Shown here: in pieces, positions 23,301 through 33,890 of the stretch
Layout of the letters: each line of letters begins with the position of its first letter
How positions within the stretch are numbered: the stretch's first letter is position 1
NCBI GenBank assembly: GCA_905178155.1
Contig: CAJINV010000006.1
Coordinates: 316,398 to 380,397 of the forward strand
DNA: 64,000 bases
Source of the DNA: Amoebophrya sp. A120
Taxonomy: Eukaryota > Protista > Dinoflagellata
Direction of reading: 5' to 3'
Program-made: the position numbers and the translations under genes
The notes under the pieces: generated by a model
Seen by the model: the letters and a program-made list of their open reading frames with translations, nothing else
Databases searched by the model: none
What the model was told of the DNA's origin: nothing

Positions 23301-26009
23301 AAGCTGCAATCTCGTTTTGGTCAAATGAATCCGACTTGACGACGTCCTGGACAAGAACTGGCTCGGGTTCCTTCTTTTCGTTAGAATTTTCCACTTTTTT
23401 GGCAGCGCAGGAGCTTCCACCAGTTGGAATATTACCTGCTTGTTCCAAATGTACCCGGTCCACCTCCTTGTTCTCCTTTTTCTTTTCCTCGACCTTTTTC
23501 GAACTACTTTTGACCCCCTCCAACAGTTGCCTCTCAATTTGCTGCTTCAACTCCGCCTTTGCTTTGCTTACACTTTTATCCTGTGCAAAAGTTTCGTACC
23601 CGTTTCGTATGAATGGAAATGCAAGTCTTGCATTACAAATCTTTTTCTGAAGGTAAATCCGCATTAGAAACTTTATCTCTCATGCTGAGTGAATTTGTAA
23701 TGCATTTATACGAGTAGGAGGACGATACTTTTGCAGTTCATAGCTTTCCTCGTACTCGGCTAGTGTGTAGGTTCTGGACAAGTCGATCCCGCTGGGCACG
23801 TAGGTTAACTTTGCATTTGGCTGAGCTGGTGCGCCGTTAAGTAGATTTGGATGGCGGTCTCGTTTATTTTGACTCGTTTTACTGTCGTTCAACATCTGCA
23901 CACGGTTATTTTCCTTCTGCTCTTCACTCGTCTCCGCGGAGTTGCCCTGGTCGTGCTGCGCCGCAACCGGTGCGGCCAAAGCCTGCGCTTGGCTGAGAAA
24001 CATTGAAAAGTGAAAGAAGCATATCACACCAAAAATAAACGTATAGTGGTTCTCCGATACCGATTCTATGCGTCTCGAACTCGAGCATGTTGGATTTTAT
24101 CAAGTATATCATTCGTTGCTTATGAACTACACAAGATTCTACACAAATAAACATGAAGATTTTCTTGACGATACTATGCGCAAAAAATCTCGTCGTCCAC
24201 AAGTACTACACACATCAAAACCACAGTTCTGTACCGATCCTCCCACTGTCCTGGTCCACGGCGATTCACCTTTCCCTGTTTCACTTTCTGTCGGTTCTGC
24301 TTCAAGACCCGCAAGTGCGCACTGCAATACAGCTCCTCCGGGTTGGAAACGTGCATGAAGTCCTCGTCGTCTGCTGTCAATTCTATAACCGGGGGTTTGC
24401 TGGGAGTTGTGTAATTTTCGTCTTCATCGGAGTTGATTTCTTCTTCCTTTAATATTCCGTCGTCGTGTAGGAAATTTTTGTTTCGGCGTCCCACACGACG
24501 ACCAACAACCGTGTTTTCTAAATCCAAATCCATCTTGTCGGTAGTAGTGGTAAAAGAACCTCCCACGACAGGGACAGCCTGTGAAGAAAATGAGTTGTTC
24601 AGCATTTTTCGTCCGGCGTCCTTATCCCCCCGTTCTTGTTTCATCCGTTGATCATCATTTTCATTCCGGGCTAAAAAAGCCGCTACAAAATCCTCTGCTT
24701 CGGTCGATGTTTTGTGTTGTTTTTTAACACCAGATTTCTCCTCATTGTCGTTGTGGTTGATGCCCATGCCCTGCATCGAATATGCATTGCAAATATCCAC
24801 TCTGGATGTGTATTGGAAATGAACTGCAACTTGTCATGCGAAATCTGGATCCGACGCAAATAACTCTGTGTTGCATGAATACCAAAAGTTGTGGTCCGCT
24901 TTTGAGGACCACTGGTTGAGAGGGAGTTTTTACTTCTCATGCAGGATATTGGGCATGATACAGATCTCACAGAATCTGTCATGCTAGGTCCTGCATGATT
25001 CATCCAGCCCTCGTGGCTGATGGTAATCCTGCATGACAAGTCTTGCATTCTTCTAGACGCTTCTAGGAATTATATTTGCAATGGATACCAAATTCGTCAA
25101 AAGATCGTCGATCGTCATCTCGGTAGCTGCAATTGTAGTTGAATTTTTCCGGTCAACATTTTCTAAATTCTTCTCATCTGTGCTAGTAGTTGTGTTTACA
25201 GTTGTCAAAGTGGTCATCGCTACTTCCGAATAAAAATTGCCCTTCCTCCTCCCGTTCTCATCCAGTTTTCGATTCGTGCGGTTGGTTCTTTCATCGATAT
25301 CCTCAACCATCGGTGGCCGCCGCTTCAGGGAGGTAGTTGAGAGTTGTTGTAGTTGTTGGTCCTCCTCCTGTCCTGCTTGCACCCCCGTTGTATAAAAATT
25401 ACTGTTGTAGTCGTTGTGCAAAAGCGACGCCGCGCTACTATTGCTTTGATGTGATGCCTGCCCCGGGCGGATGAAGCTTGGAATAGAAGAACTCCCTGCA
25501 TCTGTGTTCATCTTCTCGTGTTTGTCACTGGGAAGGTTGCCCTGCGCTCGTCGCAGGTCTAACAAAAACGAAACCAGAGCAGCCTCGGGAGCGAAACTGC
25601 TGGTAGTGCACTTTGTAGGTCTACTACTTCCGGGGTCATGTTTCATCTGTAACACGGCAGGAGCGGGGGATTCTTCGACAGCAGGGGGTTCCTGCTCACC
25701 GCTCGGTTGGTTCTTGGGTTGTTGTTTATTTACTAGGCTGTTTTCAACATCATCTTGGGTAGTAGTTGTTGTTTTTTTGGACGAACTTGACGTGGTCCCA
25801 CGATCATCTCCTGCATTTGCTGGCTGTGTCGTGGACGAGTCGTGTGATACAATCGGTGCTGCAGCCCGGGTGGTCGTTTTCGTTGAATTGCTCAAGGTGG
25901 ATTTGGGGTTGGCGGCTTTACTAAGGGTAATATTGTCGGTCTGATCCTCTACATCCAGCAGGCATGGCGGATTGGGTACCGCTGCCGGCTTCGCCGGAGA
26001 CTCAGGCAT
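11323..26009 (-). CDS. Large Ser/Thr/Pro-rich hypothetical protein split by about 24 introners and at least 2 GT-AG introns
   Basis: Starts MPESPAKP at 26009. Frame restored by removing element plus 5 nt at tested junctions: RYSS|PSVISS (21320), QAL|RPRN (20804), KRSV|DDDF (19927), TTS|DNLTIS (12866), KRIR|KSIDIF (11976), NAEM|EAFSD (11408) ending WTEG-TGA. Not all junctions tested, so it could be more than one gene or extend further 3'. Confidence 0.6.
11408..11669. mobile_element. Introner family A
   Basis: TAT..ATA TIR; DR CCATT. Confidence 0.9.
11976..12119. mobile_element. Introner family B
   Basis: DR TCGGA; frame restored. Confidence 0.9.
12866..13015. mobile_element. Introner family B
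   Basis: DR AGAGG; frame restored. Confidence 0.9.
13246..13737. mobile_element. Introner family D, enlarged
   Basis: TATGAAAGTGCACAAAA...TTTTGTGCACTCTCATA; no DR; about twice the usual length. Confidence 0.6.
13753..14052. mobile_element. Introner family G
   Basis: TATTACAATGAAAAATGCCCC TIR; DR GCCAC. Confidence 0.9.
14151..14350. mobile_element. Introner family J
   Basis: DR AAGGT; similar to 53025-53252. Confidence 0.85.
14382..14634. mobile_element. Introner family A
   Basis: DR GTTCT/TTTCT (4/5). Confidence 0.85.
14718..14895. mobile_element. Introner family B (diverged)
   Basis: DR CGAGA/TGAGA (4/5). Confidence 0.8.
14929..15050 (-). other. Probable canonical GT-AG intron
   Basis: Minus strand AAG|GTAGAT...TTTCTCCAG|; AT-rich; frame not tested. 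Confidence 0.6.
15142..15404. mobile_element. Introner family A
   Basis: DR ATTCT. Confidence 0.9.
15433..15642. mobile_element. Introner family B (diverged)
   Basis: DR GCTTC/CCTTC (4/5). Confidence 0.75.
15713..15995. mobile_element. Introner family F
   Basis: DR GTCGA. Confidence 0.9.
16802..17123. mobile_element. Introner family C (left end CAT)
   Basis: DR CGAGG; internal orientation opposite to 21320 and 33410 copies. Confidence 0.9.
17445..17680. mobile_element. Introner family H
   Basis: DR ATTTG. Confidence 0.9.
17730..17990. mobile_element. Introner family A
   Basis: DR CTTCT. Confidence 0.9.
18020..18168. mobile_element. Introner family B
   Basis: DR TTCAT. Confidence 0.9.
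18824..19135. mobile_element. Introner family C (diverged, right end GTA)
   Basis: DR TCAAG/TCAAC (4/5). Confidence 0.8.
19604..19871. mobile_element. Introner family A
   Basis: DR CGCTA. Confidence 0.9.
19927..20359. mobile_element. Introner family A carrying nested family K element
   Basis: TATCAAATG interrupted at 19936, resumes AAATGCAAATATGTCTGGG at 20107; outer DR poor but frame restored. Confidence 0.85.
19936..20106. mobile_element. Introner family K nested in TIR of an A element
   Basis: About 50-bp TIR TATTCCACAGAAAAAGACCGACAGGTCATATTTGTAATGCAAAAATAAATA; DR AAATG. Confidence 0.9.
20485..20752. mobile_element. Introner family A
   Basis: DR GACGA; frame restored. Confidence 0.9.
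20804..21015. mobile_element. Introner family E
   Basis: DR CAGGG; frame restored. Confidence 0.9.
21320..21512. mobile_element. Introner family C, internally deleted
   Basis: DR GCGAG; empty site with single GCGAG near 2959. Confidence 0.9.
23577..23742. mobile_element. Introner family B
   Basis: DR ACTTT/GCTTT (4/5). Confidence 0.85.
23993..24060 (-). other. Probable canonical GT-AG intron
   Basis: Minus strand GTATCG...TGTTTCTCAG with pyrimidine tract; frame not tested. Confidence 0.55.
24781..25087. mobile_element. Introner family A (diverged)
   Basis: TATGCATTGCAAATAT...ATATTTGCAATGGATA; DR 3/5. Confidence 0.8.
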
Positions 26010-26321
26010 GGTTTGGGTTTTCTGGGTTGAATTTTTCCGGTAGTTTTATTTTGTCGCAATTCTATGTTTGACTCTGATGTCTCTTTTACTTTCTACAAAT
26101 AAGGAACAAAACCCGATGAAACATGTGAAATAAAGTTTGTATTCGACCGTTACCAGTCGTGGCACGCAAGAACAGATCGACGCAACATGGGTAATTATCA
26201 TTATGCGAGCGTGCCGGCACGCTGATGATTTATATTTAATAATTTGTAGTATGTATGTTTTTTTTCATCAGGAAATAAGCCGTCCGTGATTTCTTTCACA
26301 TAGGCCCAGAAACTGCTGGAC

Positions 26322-29300
26322 TTAGAAGAGGAATCCAGGCTGCTCGCCGTGACGGTTACAAGCACTTAAGCACACCACATCAATCTCCGCAACAATGCTA
26401 CCAGGTAACCAGTTGCTCAGCGGGACTTGAGTATCAATATACGGAAAACAGCAGGCAATCTTTTTTGGCATTCGCAGGGAACACTTACAGAGGACAACTC
26501 CCAAAACAGCAGGCTCGTGACATTCACAGATACACCTTCCCAGGCGGCGCGCCATCTGAGGAGAGAAACCACGCCGGCCCGCCGCGGGCGGGTGCGAAAA
26601 CGCTGCGGCCTGCGTACGAATGCACGGCGCCGCGCTGGCTGACTTGCTTCCAAGGCCAACGGGCGGGCCACCTCGCTCACTGAGGCTGGCCAGCTCGGCA
26701 CGCCGGCAGGACACAAGCGGGCGGCCACTCATCTCCAGGGCATGGGCGTGCCACGCCCCCCCCCTGGCGGGGGGGTGGCGAGGGGCCCTCGCGGGCGGTG
26801 GTGGCGAGAATGAACCAGCGCCGCCAGCCGGCAGGCGGTCCCGGACCGCCTGACCGGACCGGGTCCGGTCAGGTCTGCCTTGCGAGCGACCCGGCATACC
26901 TCGCAACGCGGAGAGGGAGCCTCCGCGCTGCCGGCAGCGGGGCGGGGGGGGGGGCCAAACTACCCAAAGCGCCGCCCCGCCGGGGGCGCTGCACACGGTC
27001 ACGGCGCTGCCCTTGCTCGGCGTTTGCAGCGGCCCGCTCTCGTGCTTCCGAGCTGGGCAGCATGAACAAAACCCACCACACAAGCCGCACGGGTGCCGGG
27101 TCCTATGCCCGTCCCAGCGCCAGGGGAGCACGGGCGCCGAATCGCATGGCGGGCCCGCTACCACATGCCTGCGGGCAGATGCCGGCCGGCGCCTTTTCGA
27201 CGAGCCCGGCAAGGGGCGCGGCTGACGGCGCAGGGCGCGCGCAAAGGGGCCGCGAAATCCCGCGCGCGCGGGGCGGGGTACTCAGGGCGGGGCGCCGTGC
27301 GCGTGGCCCGACACTCCCACAGGAGGGCGCGGGCAAACCGCGCCCGCGCCCTACAAATAGGCGCGGGGCGCGCGGGCCCGCCGCCCAGTCTCGCGGCCTC
27401 CGCTCAACTCGATCACGCGCGCGCGCCCCTCGGCATGCCCGTCGTCGACACTGTTGCCGGGGCCGCGCGCGCATCTGGAGCGCGCTGCATCACGCGGGCC
27501 GTGCACATCTTGGGCGTGCTGCACTTGATCCCGCGCGCCGCCCCGGAGCTATTTCGGCGCCTTTCACCGGAGCTATTTCGGCGCCTTTTATTTCGGCGCC
27601 TGATTCCGCCCGCCGCATTCACTCGCGGCCCCTGTTCGAATGGCATCAAGTTACAAGGTAGCAACTTTGCCCGCTGCTGGTTCATTTCGGCAGGATTCAT
27701 CTCCGTTCAATGTATGTAGAAATCTCTGATGAACACCACGCACCTCTTCGCGTTTGGGACGAGACAAAAACGTAGAAATAAGTTCATCTGCATTTTAAAT
27801 TCTCTTCGACGACGAAACTTCAATTAATCTTCGGTGCTGGGAGCTGTGTAATTCTCCCATGTTATCCACAGCTCTATCTTTAATACGACTTTTGCGGCGG
27901 CAGAAGCACCGGTTTTTTTAGTACTTATCGACCAGCACATCAATTGCGTTTCTTTCTCTTCTTCTTCTTCTTCTTCTTTCTCTTCTTCCAATCGGTGAAT
28001 TCAACAAAGTGCAAGTCTTGCAGGGTTCCTATTTGCGAGCAGCGACTACAAGAAGTCTACGACGAATTATACAATGTTTATGTTGAATGATGTCGTCCAC
28101 CTACGCTACTTATGTAAAATCAGAATCGGAAAGAAGAAAGCTGACTAAAAACGGATGGGATTCATACTTAATTTCATTTCTGATAGCCGGCACTGATCTT
28201 TGGAAAAAAAAGCTCCGCTACTTCTAAGCAGTGTCGTGAGAAAAATACAATCACTCAGTGTCTCAAGAGAGTACACGACCACGACAGCGATCACGTCGAC
28301 GACCTCTACAACATCAATAAGGAAGATGAACCAACGCCACTCTATACATCGCCACCAACCTTCCTGCTCAGCATCATCATTTTTATCTCCGCCGACAAAT
28401 TTTGATGCCTTAACCACGACCCGTGCATCGGCATCCCCAAGAACTCCCCGCCGAGGCCGACCCACTAATATCTGCATCAAGACCATTCGCAGCTCGGCAT
28501 TCTTATTTGTATATTGTGCAACATCTTCTCCTCAAAAACCTCCCGGTTGTTTTTTGCGTCGCCAACAACCGTGTTTGCTGTTTCCACTTCGCTTTTGTTT
28601 CATTGTGGTTCGTCGTGGTCGGTGTAGTTTGTTTATTGGGTTTTTCCGCACAGCCTTTCTAATAGAAAAATCGCAAACCTTGGGTGGAAGGTTCTTCCCT
28701 TGGGATCGTCAACATCCAATTCCGCCCCTAGCAGCTGGTTGTTGAAATTCAACATCTACGGAAATTTTCATCTCGATGTAGTTGTAGGAAAGTGGTTAGT
28801 GGTACTGGTTAGAGAGGGTTTGCAAGTTGCTGTTCATCGTAGGTGTTGAGAAATTCTAAATTTTTTGTTGTTTCCCCGTCCTGGGGCTGGGTAGTTGTAG
28901 TGGATTTCCATCCTCATCTACCTCCGAAACCGTGTGGCCACTTTCATCCGTATCTACCAACAACTCCTCCACCGCTGTTATTTAGTTGATCTCCGCTGTC
29001 ATTTTCATCCTGGGTAGTTGATTTTTTTTGCACCCGCTCGTCGCCCCAAGATCTCCTGCATCTGCTGGTCGTTTAGTTGACGAATCGCGTAATACAATCG
29101 GTGCTGCGGCCCGGGTCGTAAGCTCTATTATTTGCATTTTGGTTTCAAGCACGCGCAATTGAAGTAAGGGCAATTAAGGTTGTCTTTAACCGTTAATGCT
29201 GTTACTGTTATACACAAAAATAGATCGGATCGAAGATAATTACGCGAGTGACAGCCGCGGCTGCGCGCTGGTCTATTGCTTTGCGCTGTTTCTTTTTTCT

Positions 29301-31600
29301 CTGGAATATAATTGGATACACCGTGCGCGACTTGTGTCACAGCTGCTATGTTGAGAAGAGGAATCCAAGCGCCCCAGCTCATCATCGTCTTTCTTAATGA
29401 AAGGCATATAGAATGACAGAACGCAGTCACATCTAGCTCCGCAACAACGCTAGCTACCGGCCGTGGATATTCATTACGGACAACAGCTGCCGGCAAATTT
29501 TTTTGGCAGGGAACACTTACAGAGGACAAGTCGCCAAACATGCTGGCGACATCGATTGATACATCTTTCAAGGCGGCGCGCCGGCCATTAGAGGAGAGAT
29601 GCCACGCCGTCCCGCCCCGGGCGGGCGGGCGCGAAAAAGCTGCGACCTCCGTATGCTTGCGCGGCGGGCGCCGCACTTCCACGGCCAGCCGGCGGGCAGA
29701 CTGCAGCAGGGCGCAGACCACAGGCGGCCGGGGTGTTCGGTGGGCAAGGCTGGCCACCCTGGCAAGGCGGGCCAGCTCGGACGGCGGGCAAGGCCGGCGG
29801 CAGGCCCAGACAGCGCAGGGCACGGGCGAACGGCCCTCGCTAATTGATTGCCAGGGGCGCACCAAGCAAGGTAGGCGGCCGGCCCCCGCGGACATCGGCG
29901 GGCGGTGCTATTCCGCGCAGGCAATCGCCCGGGCAGCTACTGGCGCCGCGCCGCCCGCTTCTGTGGCCGCCCCGAAGGGCGGCCAGGCTGTCAATATCTG
30001 TCGCTGGCGCCCTCTCCTTCCTCCGGAACGCCCTGCCGGCGTTCCAGCAACGTTCCAACAACGGGCAGTCCCAGTTCCGAGTCAAACGGCCGGCCCGCTT
30101 TCATTTTCTTGCGGGGCGGCCAGATGCCGGCCGGCACCAACCTTGTCGAACCCCCCGGCAAGGGGCGCGGCGATGTCGCCGCGCGGCGCTTGGCAAGCGG
30201 GCGCCGCGCCTAGAAGGCCCGCCCAGGACTGTCGGGGCAGGCGGCGCGCAAAGGGGCCGCGAAAGCCCGCGCGCGCGGGGCGGGGTACTCCGGGCGGGGC
30301 GCCGGGGGCGTGGCCCGATATTCCTGCAGGAGGGTGCGGGCAAACCGCGCCCGCGCCCTACAAATAGGCGCGGGGCGCGCGGGCCCGAAGAGGGGGCGAC
30401 ATCAAGTTACAAGGCAGCAACATTGCCCGCTGCTGGTTCTCTTCGGCCGGACTTGTCTCCGTTCAATCTATGTCGTATTCTCCGAACACCACGCTCCTCT
30501 TCGCGTTTGGGACGAGACAAAAACGTAGCAACAAATTATCGTCGTTCTAATTTCTCTTCGACGACGACGACGAAACCTCCTCAATCTTTGATTATTCGGT
30601 TCTGTAGCGGTCGAATTCTCCCAAAACTCATATCACTAATACCACTTTTGCGCCAGCAGATGCACCTGTTTAGTACTTATCGACCAGGAGCACATCAATC
30701 GCGTTTCTTTTTCTTTTTGCAATCGCTATATAAATGCAACAAAGTTTCTATTTGCGGACAGTGCCAACAAGTCTGCGAATTTACAATGTTTTTATTGTTG
30801 TTCACCTATGCAGCTACGTATGTAAAATCAGAAGCGGAATAAAGAAGAAAGCTCACTACTTAACGGAGGGGGTCCCGTTTTGATAGCCGGCACTGATCTT
30901 TGGAAAAAAAAAGCCGCGCTGTTATCAAGTAGTGTCGTCAGAAAAATAGAATCACTCAGTGTGTTAAGAGAGTACAGCACCACACCAGCAACCACGTCGA
31001 CCTCTACAACATTAATAGAGAACCAACGTTACCCTTATACATCATCACCAACTACCCCTCACACCATCATCATGATCTGCGCCGATCTCAACCACGGCTC
31101 GCGCATCTCCACGACCCTCGTGCGCGTCTTCTAAAAAAGGTGCCAAAGCACAGCTCCCTTTCTTGTGCGCCCCCTTTGCATGCTTAACCTCCGATTCCGG
31201 CCAGGTACTAGTAGCTGCGCCCGTAGTTGGTAGTTGAAGCGATGTGCTGTTCGTGGTAGTAGCTGAGAAAAAAAATGTGTCTCGCATCAACCTCCGTTTT
31301 TAGTTGAAACTAAACACCTTTGTTTTTTTTCATCTCGTTGTAGTTGTAGGAGAGTGGTTACTGGAATTGGTAGTGGTTGAAAAGAGGGTTCATTGCGAAG
31401 ACGGCGCAACTTGCTGTTCATCATAGTAGTTGGGGTATTCGGTAAAAATCTTGTTATTTCCTCGTCCTGAATAGTTGTAGTGGATTTCCATCCTCAGCTG
31501 CCTCCGAAACCGTGTGGTCATTTTCATCTTCCGTATCTACCAACAACTCCTCCGGTGTTATTTCACACGCGTCTTTCATCTTGGGTAGTTGATCTCCGCT
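26322..31600. repeat. Diverged tandem duplication, about 26322-29010 vs 29352-31600, each with a GC-rich island and decayed coding fragments
   Basis: Collinear anchors: AGAAGAGGAATCCA (26324/29354), CGCGCCCTACAAATAGGCGCG (~27345/~30352), GGGACGAGACAAAAACGTAG (~27756/~30509), TGATAGCCGGCACTGATCTTTGG (28181/30881), TAGTTGTAGTGGATTTCCATCCTCA (28892/31472). Confidence 0.85.
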
Positions 31601-33409
31601 GTCATTTTCAGCTCGTTCGACCTCCACCTGCGTCACGGTTAACAAATCCTTCTCGTCTTCCAGAATTCGAATTCCTCTACTCCCAGGCTGTTCTTCCGGA
31701 AACAAAACCATCTCCTCTGCGAATTTTGAAAAAAGTCCAAACAAGCCGTTCTGTTCATTGCTGTTGTTTTATCCTCCGTGGGACAAACCTCATTTATCAG
31801 CAAAGCACCAGCACCGTCACGTTGTCTGGTTTTGGATTGTTGGTAGTTGTCTTTGCTGACAAACCAATCGTCAAGGTTGGATTGTTGGTTGTTTTTGTTC
31901 CCGTGGCCAAGACCATGGTTTTCCAAAGATGATTTTCCTCCTCCTCACGTTGGGACGTTGTTGCACAAAACCGCCGTTTTACTCAACTGCTGCAGTCCGC
32001 AGCTTGCCAATGCTCCTGCTGCAGTCCTCAACCCCTAACCTCCCCAGAGAAAACCCGACGCCGTGCCGTTGGCAAGTAAGTACCTAAATTTATTAAAAAA
32101 AATCAGAGCAGAGGACACGCGAGTACTAGCACTATAAACTTTTTCATGTGAGGAACCAGATCCATCCGCCGCTGTTGCGATAGCTATACCACGATGATGA
32201 TCTTGATCGCATGTAAACGGAAACTGCAATCAAACTTCACGATAGATCTTGAAAAAAGCGCGTACGAAAATGACAATTTTTGCATCTTTGCGTGAAGGCT
32301 GCGAGAGGTGGACTAAAGAGGACTAAACGCCGCTTTTTTCCATGGATTCCATTGATAAGCCGCTCGTGTTTGGAAAAACATATCGCACTGCCAATTTATC
32401 GTTTCTTCTAGGATCGGAAGCGCTGTTTCATTGTAGTATTACAGCGGTTTTCGTTTTTAATCGCTGCGAATTCTGCCTGGTAGTTATATCTTTCTTCCGA
32501 ATGGTTTCAATGCGTTTTCTTCTGGTTTGAACACAGCATCGCTTTTTTCCAAATAAAATCAGTAGCACCACGACGCCCACGCGGGACGAAATAGGAAGAT
32601 GGTAGCACTTTTCGTTGCGATGAGAAGGGTAAACGGTTTTCGTACATTTCATTCAATCAACGTTGTACTTGTACAGGGCTTATTCCACCTTAGCACGCAT
32701 AATACAAAAAGAAAATTCGGATTCATTGATCGCTCTAGCAAAGAGTCCTTGGGCAGCTGCAGTGGTCTGCTTTGGTTGTAGTTTATTTTGTACAGTTTTT
32801 ACATTCGTGGTCACAGATAGGCTCGAGGTGTGCTGTCTTTTTTTGTTTTTACCGGGCGATGTTTGAAACGGTGCATTTATTCTGTGCTAAATGGCCCTCG
32901 GCACTACGCACGACATCATGATCAATAGGCTCATGCCATGATGTTGATATCTGTGCTGTTTGATAAAAGGTATATTCAGTGTTTGCGAAACAAATAGTGA
33001 ACTCTTCGCGGTGTTTTATCTGGGAGATAGTAATCCATAGTTTTGCAGAAATAGGAAAGCCTACCGCTTTGCTTTGCAACGGTTCGAGATCACTTCCACC
33101 TCTCCGTGGTACATAAAAATCTTTAGGTTTTGCCGCCTGTTCGGCCTGCTAAAAACTCCTTCGTCTAAATTACGAAACTCTGGTTTTGCTGATGTTTAAA
33201 GTTAAACTCGAAATGGTGAAAATGCGATAAAATTCTTTTGTCTAAAATACGAAACTTCTGCTTGTGCTTTTCTGATGGCACTGTCACCAGTCAATCTGAT
33301 ATCATCAACGTTTGCTATTGTATTGTCTTGTTTTGCAGCAGCGCGTCTAAAATTACGAAATTCTGGTTGTAAAAAAGGGCGATACAAGTTTTGAGCTTGT
33401 TCCTTCTTC

Positions 33410-33735
33410 TATCAAAAGGAAAAATCCCCCTTCCCCATATCGAAAGGGTATGTTTCCGAAAATTTGTGTTGCTGATTTGAGGTCACAAATCGCATTTGTC
33501 TTGCAAGAAGACAAGGGCAGAAGCTTCCGCCCCATTATGGAAGCGATTTGTCATGCTGTTCTTGGGCCTAAAGGTGAGCCGTTTGCCGTGCTGCACAGCT
33601 AGACCCATACGCCCCTACCTAGCCTGGGGGTCTGGCCGCCGTGCCTTTCTGCAATACCAATCTGATTTGTGTACGCAAATTCAGCATCACAGATTTCCTT
33701 TTTGATATGGGGAGGGGGGATTTTTCCTTTCGATA
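33410..33735. mobile_element. Introner family C downstream of CFAP57 stop (probable 3' UTR)
   Basis: DR TCTTC; absent from paralogous flank near 52475. Confidence 0.9.
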
Positions 33736-33890
33736 TCTTCCGGAGGGAAGCGGAAGTGGAGCACAAACTCTGAAAAAAAGTCAGTACAAAGATGTTGATG
33801 TGTTTCTTTTGTTAGCCCGATTGTTAATACACTGTATTGTAATTTCATAACATTTTACTTGTTAGTTGCCTGTGCCTCCTCCGACCGCTA

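Noticed and set aside
32000-33350. Gene in AT-rich region with short ORFs
   Set aside because: Only fragmentary ORFs, no introners or consistent frame; treated as intergenic or decayed sequence.
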